From contig DIFD01000012.1 in assembly GCA_002418965.1 (NCBI GenBank), positions 21,845-85,844 on the forward strand: a stretch of 64,000 nucleotides of DNA. Reading direction: 5' to 3'. This DNA comes from Peptococcaceae bacterium UBA5757. Its GTDB lineage: Bacteria; Bacillota; Dehalobacteriia; UBA4068. A program made the translations under genes and the position numbers. Positions 1-9,664 of the stretch are shown piece after piece; within the stretch, counting starts at the first letter, position 1; every line of letters starts with the position of its first letter. The notes beneath the pieces are model-generated. The model saw only the letters and a program-made list of their open reading frames with translations. It made no database searches and had not been told where the DNA came from.

Positions 1-45
1 TTCTATCAGAATCCCTGTCTTCCCAAGCTCGCATTTAATTTTCAT
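1..45 (-). CDS. 5' end (first 15 codons) of a gene running off the left edge; N-terminus resembles aldo/keto reductases (MKIKCELGKTGILIE)
   Basis: Reverse complement of 1-45 reads ATG AAA ATT AAA TGC GAG CTT GGG AAG ACA GGG..., matching the M-x-x-R-x-LGKTG AKR start; too short to be sure. Confidence 0.25.
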   Translation of the reverse strand, partial: MKIKCELGKTGILIE

Positions 46-269
46 CTGAGAAATAAAGCAGTCCGACTTAACCAACCCCATATTTCACTAATAATAAACA
101 GCCCGGATCATTATGGGTTCGAAATAAGGTCTGTTCATGCAAATCATCTCCCATTCTTACTAAATCCTTGCTTGTTAAATTATCCTATGGGCACAAAAAC
201 CGTGCCCATCAATATTATGGCTTTTATATCAAATTATATTCTAATTTTATTGCAAATCATGCGAAAAAA

Positions 270-704
270 TTAATTTGTAGTTATTATCTTCTTCAATTTT
301 TCTGCAAAAGCAACATCTTGGGCCACGATTCTTTTTGCATTGCCTTTTAGTCGACCACCTGCATTGCGGATCTTCTTAGCCGTATGCCTTGCAAGTAAGA
401 GCGCATCGATGTTATCCTGATCAAAAACCATCCCGTCCTGACTGATGGGGATCGCCTTGCGGGCAAGGCACATCGCCGCCAGACCATAATCCTGGGTGAT
501 GACAATATCACCATTTTGAAGCATATTAACAAGCTTAAAATCCACACTATCCGCTCCCTGAGAGACAATGATCGTGGTTGCTCCCTCTTTATTAAAAAAG
601 TGAGCGGTATCGCAAAGGATCAGGCACTCTATATTGTTCTCTTTGGCTATCCTGACAGCAATATCCACTACCGGACAGCCATCCGCATCAATTAGTATAC
701 GCAT
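270..704 (-). CDS. YaiI/YqxD-like DUF188 (UPF0178) family protein
   Basis: ORF 270-728; probable start at internal MRILIDADGCPVV; N-terminal IDADGCP motif typical of DUF188. Confidence 0.65.
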   Translation of the reverse strand: MRILIDADGCPVVDIAVRIAKENNIECLILCDTAHFFNKEGATTIIVSQGADSVDFKLVNMLQNGDIVITQDYGLAAMCLARKAIPISQDGMVFDQDNIDALLLARHTAKKIRNAGGRLKGNAKRIVAQDVAFAEKLKKIITTN

Positions 705-752
705 TTGCTCCTCCCTAGCCTTTAGCACTAAGCACCTATTATATTAGTAGGT

Positions 753-2348
753 TTAAACAGACGCCTTGGCAAACTCCAGGTATTCATCGAAGCTGGAAAC
801 CCGATCGATGCAGCCTTCCTCTTTGAGCTCGATGATTCTGTTGGCAATTGTTTGAATAAATTCATGGTCGTGTGAAGAAAAGAGCAGCACGCCTTTAAAA
901 TCCACAAGACCGTTATTGACAGCGGTGATCGACTCCAGATCCAGATGATTGGTTGGCTGATCCATAACCAGGCTATTCGCACCAAAAAGCATCATCCGCG
1001 ATAACATGCAACGCACCCTCTCGCCACCGGAGAGCACGCATACGGGCTTCATGACATCGTCACCCGAAAACAGCATCCGCCCCAAGAAACCGCGCAGATA
1101 GGTCTCGGTGACATCTTTGGAATACTGCGCCAACCATCTTAATACGCTCAAATCGCAATCGGCAAAGAATGTAGTACTGTCCTTGGGGAAATAGGATTGT
1201 GATGTGCTTACTCCCCACTTGAACGAGCCCGCGTCCGGCTCCAGCTCTCCCATAAGTATTTGAAATAAGGTGGTGTTCGCCGTTTCGTTTTCTCCCACAA
1301 AAGCGATTTTGTCTCCTTTATTAACCCTAAATGAGACATCTTTTAGCACCTGTTCTCCGTTGATGGCCTTGCAGAGACCCTCTACGGTTAAAATCTCCTT
1401 GCCCGGTTCCCTGTCCATCTGAAATCCTACATAGGGGTACTTACGTGAGGACTCCGGCAAATCATCAAAGGTTAGCTTTTCAAGCAACTTTTTGCGTGAG
1501 GTAGCCTGTTTTGCCTTTGATTTATTGGCAGAAAACCTGGCGATGAAGCTCTGAAGCTCCTTTGCCTTTTCCTCACTCTTTTTGTTCTGGTCGCGTTTCA
1601 TCTTTTGTATCAGCTGGCTGGACTCGTACCAAAAATCGTAATTGCCCACATATACTTGGATTTTAGAATAGTCTATATCCACAATATGGGTGCAAACAGT
1701 ATTCAAAAAATGTCTGTCATGCGAGACAACGATCACCGTTCCCGCAAACTCAAGTAGAAAATTTTCCAACCACTCAATCGATGCGATATCGAGATTATTT
1801 GTCGGCTCATCCAAAAGTATAATATCGGGGGAACCAAAAAGTGCCTGCGCCAGCAAAATCTTGACCTTGCTTTTGCCATCCAGCTGGCTCATTGGCGTCA
1901 AAAGCACTTCGGCATCAATTCCCAGGCCTTTCAGCAATCGGGAGGCCTCAGACTCTGCTTCCCAACCATTCAACTCGGCAAATTCGCCCTCCAGCTCGGC
2001 TGCCAGCATACCGTCCGCATCCGAAAAATTTTCCCTTGCATATACCTCGTCTTTTTGACGCATCACTTCATATAAACGCGGATTTCCCATAATGATCGTG
2101 TCCAGCACTGTGAATTCATCAAAGGCATAATGATCCTGCTTTAAGACCGACATGCGGTTGTCCTGGGGAATAACAATTTCACCGGTAGACGATTCCAGCT
2201 CTCCGGATAATATTTTTAAAAAAGTCGATTTACCGGCACCGTTTGCCCCTATTATGCCATAACAGTTATCCGGAGTAAATTTAAGATTTGTATTGGAAAA
2301 CAAAGTGGTGCCGCTGAAACTTAAGCTTAGATTCGAAACGATTATCAT
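753..2348 (-). CDS. ABC-F family ATPase (tandem ABC domains, no TMD)
   Basis: Two Walker A boxes (GANGAGKST; GENETANTTL region), LSGGE signatures, inter-domain linker; ATG at 2348 preceded by GAGG RBS (the upstream in-frame start is TTG). Confidence 0.85.
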   Translation of the reverse strand: MIIVSNLSLSFSGTTLFSNTNLKFTPDNCYGIIGANGAGKSTFLKILSGELESSTGEIVIPQDNRMSVLKQDHYAFDEFTVLDTIIMGNPRLYEVMRQKDEVYARENFSDADGMLAAELEGEFAELNGWEAESEASRLLKGLGIDAEVLLTPMSQLDGKSKVKILLAQALFGSPDIILLDEPTNNLDIASIEWLENFLLEFAGTVIVVSHDRHFLNTVCTHIVDIDYSKIQVYVGNYDFWYESSQLIQKMKRDQNKKSEEKAKELQSFIARFSANKSKAKQATSRKKLLEKLTFDDLPESSRKYPYVGFQMDREPGKEILTVEGLCKAINGEQVLKDVSFRVNKGDKIAFVGENETANTTLFQILMGELEPDAGSFKWGVSTSQSYFPKDSTTFFADCDLSVLRWLAQYSKDVTETYLRGFLGRMLFSGDDVMKPVCVLSGGERVRCMLSRMMLFGANSLVMDQPTNHLDLESITAVNNGLVDFKGVLLFSSHDHEFIQTIANRIIELKEEGCIDRVSSFDEYLEFAKASV

Positions 2349-2454
2349 TTTTAACCTCAAATTTTCAATTTATAAAAACATACGCAGATTATTGTATCAC
2401 AAAATACACTGCATTACTATAGTAAGAACAAATATATTGCATAAAAGACAGATG

Positions 2455-3021
2455 TTATTTTTTGCGGACAGTGATCCTCTTTAATACTATTGCGGGATTA
2501 CCCGCAAGAACAACATCATCCCCAAAACTTTTTGTAACCACTGCCCCTGAACCCACAACAACATTATTCCCTAAACAAACACCCGGATTAATGACAGCAT
2601 GTCCGCCAATCCAGCAATTGTCCCCAATAGTAATTGGTTTCCCAAGCCCAAGACCATTATAGCGTTCACTTGCATTTATGGGATGCGTCGCGGTATAGAT
2701 CCCAACCTGTGGGCCGAGATAACAATTCTTTCCAATCCTAACTTCAGCAACGTCTAAAATAACACAGTTATAGTTTGCAAAAAAATTATTACCAACATGA
2801 ATATGACAACCATAATCACAGTTGAATGTTGGTTCGATTAAAATTTCATCCCCGGTTGTGCCAAACAATTGTTTCAGCAACTTTACACGTTCCGCCTTAT
2901 CTAAAATGGACGTATTGTTAAATTTCTCAGTCAAAGCCCTCGCATCATCACGCATTTTGCTTAATTCCACATCTGCGGTTTTATAAAATTTGCCCGCCAA
3001 CATTTTTTCTTTTTCCGTCAT
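2455..3021 (-). CDS. hexapeptide-repeat sugar O-acetyltransferase (maltose/galactoside O-acetyltransferase family)
   Basis: Left-handed beta-helix hexapeptide repeats (IGKNCYLGPQVGIY..IGDNCWIGGHAVINPGV); start MTEKEKM with GGGAGA RBS 8 nt upstream. Confidence 0.8.
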   Translation of the reverse strand: MTEKEKMLAGKFYKTADVELSKMRDDARALTEKFNNTSILDKAERVKLLKQLFGTTGDEILIEPTFNCDYGCHIHVGNNFFANYNCVILDVAEVRIGKNCYLGPQVGIYTATHPINASERYNGLGLGKPITIGDNCWIGGHAVINPGVCLGNNVVVGSGAVVTKSFGDDVVLAGNPAIVLKRITVRKK

Positions 3022-3084
3022 ATTTATTTCTCCCAACTAAGATTAAAACCGAAACAAGCTTAAAGCTCACTCCACCAAGCCGAT

Positions 3085-5025
3085 TTATGCATGATTTGTT
3101 TTATTGCAATTATATTCCGTTCTTTTGATCTTTTCAATGGTCTTCGTTATATATTTGCTCAATTTTTCCTCAAAAACCTCGGATGTGATCTCATGATTTT
3201 CGATCATATATAGGCCCTTTTCCCAACTGGCGGTAAGGATGGGATTTAACAATTCCTTTGCCGTCTGGCGAACCAGTTCCACAATAGCCTCCCCTTTTGG
3301 CTCCGGCGTAACGATTTGAGTTTTATCGTTAATTTTAATATGTCCGATATCTACCAGCTTTTTGATAATTCCCGCACGGGTAGCGGAAGTGCCAATGCCG
3401 CATGTTTTTAACTGCTCTCTAAGCTCCTCGTTTTCGATATACTTTCCCGCTTTTTCCATTGTGATGATTAACGATCCGTCGGTAAATCGAGACGGAGGCT
3501 TGGTTTCTTTTTCCTCCAGATCAAAGCTTGTTACATCGCACTTTTCTTTCTTGATCAGCTTTTGAATCGGGGAATCTGACAATTCTTCCTTACTTAAAGA
3601 AGTAACCTCATAAATCTCTTTCCATCCCGGTACATTCAATGTTTTGGAATTTGTAACAAATGTTTCAGCGCCTATTGCTGTCTCAACCTTTACCGTATTG
3701 TACTCTGCCGGAGGATAAAAAATAGCCAGAAACCTTTTGACAATCAGACAATAAATATTTCTCGTGTCTTCATCCAGCTTAGATAGTTCAGTAGTCACAT
3801 AGGTCGGAATAATCGCGTAGTGGTCTGTAACCTTTTGATTATCCACATATCGTTTTGTTTTCTGATCAATACAAAGCTTTCCGAATTCTTTAATCTTCAA
3901 TACATATTCTTTAAAATCAGCATTGCCGTATAAGCCGTTGAGAACCTTCGGCAACTCGGGAATAACATCCGTAGAAAGCACCCTACTATCGGTTCTGGGA
4001 TAAGATATCATCTTTTTCTCATAGAGATTCTGGGCAATTTCCAGCGTTCGATTTACAGAAAGTTTAAATTTTTTATTTGCCTCCGATTGCAACTCGGCAA
4101 GATTAAAAAGCAAAGGAGCTTGCTCCTTCTTTACCTTTATCTCTACCTTTTTGACCGTAGCCTCAATCCCCTGCAACTTTTTTATAATCTCCTCTGCTTC
4201 CTCTTTGCTGATGTATCGATCTTCGTTTTCCGAATCCTCTTCAAGATTTTTGTCTGCTTTCTTTTGTTGCCACTTGCCTTTATAGGAAACACCGCTGTCT
4301 TTCGAGATAAAGTTTGCGGTAACTCCATAATGAGTCTGTGGAACAAAATTTCTGATTTCCAGCTCCCTGTCAACAATTAAACCCAATACACAAGTCATCA
4401 CTCTGCCAACGGGTATAACGGAAGATTTTTCTTCTTTTAGGACAGATGATAGTTTTTTGCCGTATTGACAAGTATACATCCTGCTAAAATTCATTCCAAA
4501 GAGCCAATCCTCTTTTGCTCTGCAATAGGCAGCTTCTGAAAGAGAATCGTACTCACCGATACTCTTTGCTTCTTGGATTCCCTTTCTGACAGCATCTTCC
4601 GTCTGAGAAGAGATCCAGACCCTTTTTGCCGGCTTTTCTGAGCCACTCTGATGATAGACCAAGCGAAAAATGTACTCACCCTCTCGTCCACTATCGGTAC
4701 AGGCATAGATTAGATCCACATCTTTCCTGCACATCATTGATTTGATCACGTCAAACTGCTTTGCAGTCCCTTTATTGTCTATGACAACATATTTATATTC
4801 TTTGGGGATGATGGGTAGATGCTCCACGCGCCATGACTTATACTCTTGATTATAGACCTCCGGATATGCCATTGTCACAAGATGCCCGAAACACCATGTG
4901 ATGATGGCATTTTCTGTTTCGGCATAACCCCTGCCTCTATCTGTTGATGAAATCTGCACACCCAGTACACTTGCAAAACTGCTTGCAACAGACGGTTTTT
5001 CTGTTATGTATAATTGCTTACTCAT
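3085..5025 (-). CDS. topB: type IA DNA topoisomerase (topoisomerase III-like)
   Basis: TOPRIM N-terminus MSKQLYITEKPSVA.., ITWCFGHLV motif, active-site region SYPRTDSR; start ATG at 5025 with AAAGGA RBS. Confidence 0.8.
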   Translation of the reverse strand: MSKQLYITEKPSVASSFASVLGVQISSTDRGRGYAETENAIITWCFGHLVTMAYPEVYNQEYKSWRVEHLPIIPKEYKYVVIDNKGTAKQFDVIKSMMCRKDVDLIYACTDSGREGEYIFRLVYHQSGSEKPAKRVWISSQTEDAVRKGIQEAKSIGEYDSLSEAAYCRAKEDWLFGMNFSRMYTCQYGKKLSSVLKEEKSSVIPVGRVMTCVLGLIVDRELEIRNFVPQTHYGVTANFISKDSGVSYKGKWQQKKADKNLEEDSENEDRYISKEEAEEIIKKLQGIEATVKKVEIKVKKEQAPLLFNLAELQSEANKKFKLSVNRTLEIAQNLYEKKMISYPRTDSRVLSTDVIPELPKVLNGLYGNADFKEYVLKIKEFGKLCIDQKTKRYVDNQKVTDHYAIIPTYVTTELSKLDEDTRNIYCLIVKRFLAIFYPPAEYNTVKVETAIGAETFVTNSKTLNVPGWKEIYEVTSLSKEELSDSPIQKLIKKEKCDVTSFDLEEKETKPPSRFTDGSLIITMEKAGKYIENEELREQLKTCGIGTSATRAGIIKKLVDIGHIKINDKTQIVTPEPKGEAIVELVRQTAKELLNPILTASWEKGLYMIENHEITSEVFEEKLSKYITKTIEKIKRTEYNCNKTNHA

Positions 5026-5175
5026 CGCTTCATCCTTTAAAATGATATGCACAAAGTACAACGCTTTGTGACTGATTCCTTAATAACTCCGATACATCCT
5101 TTATTATCTCAAACCTCTTCTTAACCAACCGTTTCCCTGTGTACTTCCTGCCTGACCGGCAAACCTGTCAAATAC

Positions 5176-6078
5176 TTATCTCTTTTTTGCCAGATGGTCA
5201 ATAGCCTTCCGAAAGTCCACAGGCAAGGGAGCCTCCAATAGTATTTCTTTGCCGCTGCGGGGATGGGTAAAGCGTAGCCTGTCGGCATGCAGCGCTTGGC
5301 GATTGATCAATGCTGAGGCACACCCATACAAAAGGTCGCCGCAGATAGGGTACCCGAGAAAGCTCAAATGCACCCTGATCTGATGGGTACGCCCCGTCTC
5401 CAGTCTTAACCTTAAGAGGGTGTGTCCCGCATATCTCTCAAGCACCTGATAATAGGTAACCGCTCTCTGCCCAGCAGAATCCACTGTCCTCCGACGCTTT
5501 TTTTCATCCGGTCGGGCGATTGGTTGGTCGATCCGATCGTTGTCCTTTGCCATTTCACCTTCAACCAAAGATATATACTGCCGCTCGATGGTGCAGCCTT
5601 TCTGCTGCCTGAATATGCCCTGGTGCGCAAACTGACTGTTCCCGATCAGAACCAGGCCGGAAGTGTCCCTATCCAGGCGGTTGATAGGGCGAAACAGCGT
5701 GCCTCTCCCCACTCCCTGCCAGTAATAAGTGACTGCGTTAGCAAGGGTACGGGTGCCACCCATTCGGGATGGGTGAGTGGACATACCGGCAGGCTTGTTC
5801 ACCACCAAAAAGTCCTCGTCTTCGTAAACAATATCCAGGGGAATCCGCTCCGGTATGATTTTGTTCTCCTCGGCAAAGTCCAGGTCAATCGTGACCATAT
5901 CCCCCGCATTGATGCGATAGTTCGTACGAGCCCAAGACCCATTCACTCTTATTTTGTGCAGGCATTTTAGCTGTACGACAAGAGAATGGGATAAGAGCAG
6001 TTTATCGGACAGAATATCCCGCAGAAAAGCACCCTGATCCGGAGCACCTGCTATATATGTCAGTTGCGTGTTGTTCAT
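5176..6078 (-). CDS. RluA-family 23S rRNA/tRNA pseudouridine synthase
   Basis: Motifs PINRLDRDTSGLVLIG and HQIRVHLSFLGYPICGD; S4-like N-terminus. Confidence 0.85.
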   Translation of the reverse strand: MNNTQLTYIAGAPDQGAFLRDILSDKLLLSHSLVVQLKCLHKIRVNGSWARTNYRINAGDMVTIDLDFAEENKIIPERIPLDIVYEDEDFLVVNKPAGMSTHPSRMGGTRTLANAVTYYWQGVGRGTLFRPINRLDRDTSGLVLIGNSQFAHQGIFRQQKGCTIERQYISLVEGEMAKDNDRIDQPIARPDEKKRRRTVDSAGQRAVTYYQVLERYAGHTLLRLRLETGRTHQIRVHLSFLGYPICGDLLYGCASALINRQALHADRLRFTHPRSGKEILLEAPLPVDFRKAIDHLAKKR

Positions 6079-6396
6079 TTTTCCTCACTTATATGATAAA
6101 TAATTTTCTAAACTTAGAAAAGGCAACCCGTATGAAAGTCAAAGGCACAAAATGGTCCGGATACCGATAAAATCAATTTTTTTATCCCTATCAATCATTT
6201 TTAAAAAATAGACATTCGACTTATGATTCGACACTAGCTTGGATATATCCTTGCCCAAGTGCCTGCTCTGCACTTTATAAACATACAGAGGCTAAAATAT
6301 TACTATTATTTTTTATAAAAACTGTCGGAAATACATATCTACCCGTGATATAATCAAACTATGACCATATTTATTCAATACCGAGAAGGAGAAAAC

Positions 6397-7563
6397 ATGA
6401 CAAAATTGCTTTTAACGATACCCTGTAATTTTGGCGTGGAAGCCATTGTCAACAGGGAAATTAAAAACTTGGGCTATGAAATAGCCAAAACCACAGATGG
6501 CAGGGTAGATTATTTTGGTGATGAGCTGGCTATTGCCCGGTCAAATATAGGATTGCGTACCGCGGAGCGTGTTCTGCTGAAAGTGGGCGAATTTGAAGCA
6601 GTCACTTTTGATGAACTTTTTGAAAAGACCAAGGATCTTGCCTGGGGTGATTATATCCCCATAGATGCCGATTTTCCTGTAGCAAAGGCTACTTCACTGA
6701 AATCGGTATTGTTTAGCACCTCTGATATTCAAGCGATTGTTAAAAAGGCCGTCGTGGAAAAGCTTAAACTAAAATATAAGATAGATCGTTTTGCGGAAAC
6801 CGGAGTGCGCTACCCGATACATGTTTTTGTAAATAAAGACGTCTTTAGCCTTTATATGGATACCAGCGGCGATAATTTGCATAAAAGGGGCTATCGTAAA
6901 AACAGTAATATCGCGCCTATTAAGGAGACACTTGCCGCGGCTATGCTGGATTTAACCCCGTGGCATTGGGATCGTTTTTTGATTGACCCAATGTGCGGTA
7001 GCGGTACGATTACGATTGAAGCCGCCTTAAAGGGGTTAAATATCGCTCCCGGCATTCATAGAAGTTTTGGGGCTGAAATCTGGGAATTCATTGGCAAGGA
7101 CAAGTGGGATACTGCACGAGAAGAATTTAAGTCACAAGAAAAGCGGGACAGGCAATTTTTAGTGCAAGGCTATGATATTGATCCGCATGCGCTGCAAAAC
7201 GCCAGAGAAAACGCAAGATTGGCCGGGGTAGAAAAATACATTCACTTTCAGCAGCGTGATATTAGGGATTTGCAAAGCAGTGAAAAGTATGGCTTTATTG
7301 TTACTAATCCTCCTTATGGTGAACGCATGGAGGATAAAACATCCGTACAAATTCTTTATAAAGAGATGAGTGTGGCAATGAAACGGCTGGATACCTGGTC
7401 CTATAGTATTATTACCAGCCATCCTGAGTTCGAGTGGATTTTTGGCAAGAAAGCCGACAAACGACGTAAACTCTATAATGGCATGATAGAGACTACTTTG
7501 TTTCAATATTTTGGCCCGAAACCACCTAAAAGGGTACAGGAAGAGACAAATAAAGAATTGTAG
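6397..7563 (+). CDS. THUMP-domain class I SAM-dependent RNA methyltransferase (RlmL/YpsC-like)
   Basis: THUMP N-domain followed by methyltransferase motifs IDPMCGSGT and the NPPYG catalytic motif; RBS AAGGAG 6 nt before ATG 6397; extended -10 TGATATAAT at 6346-6354. Confidence 0.8.
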   Translation: MTKLLLTIPCNFGVEAIVNREIKNLGYEIAKTTDGRVDYFGDELAIARSNIGLRTAERVLLKVGEFEAVTFDELFEKTKDLAWGDYIPIDADFPVAKATSLKSVLFSTSDIQAIVKKAVVEKLKLKYKIDRFAETGVRYPIHVFVNKDVFSLYMDTSGDNLHKRGYRKNSNIAPIKETLAAAMLDLTPWHWDRFLIDPMCGSGTITIEAALKGLNIAPGIHRSFGAEIWEFIGKDKWDTAREEFKSQEKRDRQFLVQGYDIDPHALQNARENARLAGVEKYIHFQQRDIRDLQSSEKYGFIVTNPPYGERMEDKTSVQILYKEMSVAMKRLDTWSYSIITSHPEFEWIFGKKADKRRKLYNGMIETTLFQYFGPKPPKRVQEETNKEL

Positions 7564-7617
7564 AGTTAATATCTGATAGAAACCCGCCATCTTAGTAGAA
7601 CTTAATAAAGAATTCAT

Positions 7618-7647
7618 AAAGACTCCGAATTTTTCGGAGTCTTTTTT
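7618..7647 (+). terminator. rho-independent terminator after the methyltransferase gene
   Basis: AAAGACTCCGAA / TTCGGAGTCTTT stem followed by TTTTTT. Confidence 0.75.
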
Positions 7648-7817
7648 GGCATTATACATCTTTGCCCGCTCCTAAATAAACAGCCGCAATTTGCCACATG
7701 GGAAGCCTCCGGCAGTTGTAGGCAATATGTTTTGCCTGATATTCTATTGTGATATCCTTTTTTTATTGAAACTGTAGGTGGCCATTAAGTAATTATGAAA
7801 ATTTTGATTGTTTTTTC

Positions 7818-7846
7818 TTTACATTTCACTTGTGCGGCTCTATAAT
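7818..7846 (+). promoter_or_regulatory. canonical sigma-A promoter TTTACA-17-TATAAT
   Basis: TTTACA at 7818-7823, TATAAT at 7841-7846, 17 nt spacer; ~45 nt upstream of the small ORF. Confidence 0.5.
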
Positions 7847-7891
7847 AAGGAGTGCGAACAAATGTTCGTTAAGGAGGCAAATGCCCATGAC

Positions 7892-8141
7892 TAAATCACT
7901 CAGAAAGAAACCCCAAAGGATTCTGCAAAAAATACCGCTACAAGTCACAACAGAACTTATTTACAAAATCGGATTGGTTCCGCGCCTGCTGACATATGAA
8001 GATGATGATGAAGGGACGGTAATTTTTAACCCCGTCAAGGGCCTTAAGCTAATTGATGGTGCAGTAAGGTGGCGCTGCAGAATCAACGGCCGGGAAATTG
8101 AATTGTTCAATGAAGGTGAAAGCTGGTGGGCAATGCAATAA
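7892..8141 (+). CDS. small hypothetical protein (83 aa)
   Basis: ORF 7830-8141; AGGAGG at 7872-7877; ATG at 7886 or 7892; own promoter and terminator; no family recognised. Confidence 0.45.
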
Positions 8142-8160
8142 AATTGCACCCGGGGAAATA

Positions 8161-8186
8161 AAACCCCGTCTTATGGCGGGGTTTTG
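8161..8186 (+). terminator. rho-independent terminator
   Basis: AAACCCCGTC..GGCGGGGTTTT hairpin plus T-run. Confidence 0.7.
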
Positions 8187-8591
8187 ACTTACTTCTTATT
8201 GGGCATCACTTGCTATCAGTATGAGATTTTGCGCACGTGTCAGTTCTTTAATGGTTTTGTTTGTGCCCCCCGTCCCCAAGACCAGAATATCAACTACATA
8301 CGTTAATAATTATTTACATCAACATAAATAATAAAACCTCTCTTTTTTATAAAATCATATTATATCTCTCTCAAATTAAAAAATCGGGAAGACAATTGTC
8401 TTCCCGATTAATATGTGTTTTGTAAAATAAAACCTGCCTCTTATGTACTTATAGCCACCAATATACATCCGCTATTTTGAACCACGAAAACCACTCTTTC
8501 TGACTATAGATATAAACCAAACCATAAATATGCTTTCCTTTGGGTTAATCAACCCTTGAAAGTTTCAGATTTATCTTTTATCGGATGTTGT

Positions 8592-9422
8592 TTACTTGTC
8601 CTTGTCGGGAACGCCGCATGTGCCACATATTCTGGAATCTATAACGGCTTGTTTCCCTTCTTGCTTGAGTCTTCTGTATTCGCGATATGAAATTTTTGAT
8701 TTAGGACGGGTTACGCCTAATTCTTTCATGAGAGCAGCTACCTTTTCCACCTTGGGACCCATCTCCTGAGGCCCGATTCCTCTCAGGTGTTCGGGAAGCA
8801 CTAAGCGTTCTGCAGGCTCCATATTCAAAAGATCGCAAATTTCATCACAAGCATAGCGCGCGCCCCTTACTGGCGGGCACTGATCACGTCCACAGTCATA
8901 ACTGGGATGTGCCATGCCGCATTTTTCATTTTCCATCACGGAAAAGAGTATTTCCATGAGCCTGGCATCGGGGTCGGTAAGATCATAAGCCCTCTGAACC
9001 CTGTTATAACGAACTCTAAGGCAATCAATCGCTCCATAATCTTCTTCAAACCCACCTATTACGGATTGCACTGCCGGAATCGAGGGGGCATAATTGACAT
9101 TCCCATCTTTGGCAAGGTCTTCTTTCGTGACCCCAACAACATAGCTGATAACAAACGTAGCCGCGGTAACCGCTCCGCAAGTGCCAACGCCGGTCATGCC
9201 TACGCCGCCATGCAGCCCCATCATTCCCTGGGTTATCATTTCTTGCACGTCGGGGGGGAACAGTTCGATTCCTTCCGACTTAAATGCTTCACATATGGCC
9301 ACATAAGTGGCAGGACAGCAAGCCCATAATACCGCCCCTACTTCATCCCCCATATGTCCGGCTTTGTCGATAATCCGGGCTCTCATTTCATCCGAAATCT
9401 CAATTTTTGGTATCATTTGCAT
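8592..9422 (-). CDS. C_GCAxxG_C_C-family putative redox protein with a Cys-rich C-terminal extension
   Basis: N-terminal ~130 aa matches the family pattern (..WACCPATYVAICEAF.. GLHGGVGMTGVGTCGAVTAATFVISYV); extra ~150 aa with CGMAHPSYDCGRDQCP and terminal CGTCG; AAAGGAG RBS. Confidence 0.55.
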   Translation of the reverse strand: MQMIPKIEISDEMRARIIDKAGHMGDEVGAVLWACCPATYVAICEAFKSEGIELFPPDVQEMITQGMMGLHGGVGMTGVGTCGAVTAATFVISYVVGVTKEDLAKDGNVNYAPSIPAVQSVIGGFEEDYGAIDCLRVRYNRVQRAYDLTDPDARLMEILFSVMENEKCGMAHPSYDCGRDQCPPVRGARYACDEICDLLNMEPAERLVLPEHLRGIGPQEMGPKVEKVAALMKELGVTRPKSKISYREYRRLKQEGKQAVIDSRICGTCGVPDKDK

Positions 9423-9664
9423 TTTCTCCTTTGTTTTATAGTGGTTGACTATTAAAATCATAGCTATTTGATTTTAAATAATGGAATAACATATTAATTT
9501 GCGCACTGCCTGAGCAATATCTTGTGTAATGCTTATCTCTGGACTCCCATTTTCATGTTACAAGTACACAGCTATTATTAAACAGATGATAGGTCAGATG
9601 TACTTAAAAAGATTATCTTAGTAGTACACCTGAACTATCAAAAACAAGTCTTAAAGAACCCTCC

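Noticed and set aside
168-350. 60 aa plus-strand ORF at the 3' end of the DUF188 gene, and similar short ORFs (31837-32043, 52797-53024, 19363-19557, 19455-19763)
   Set aside because: These are AT-rich intergenic or antisense ORFs without RBS and with low-complexity composition.
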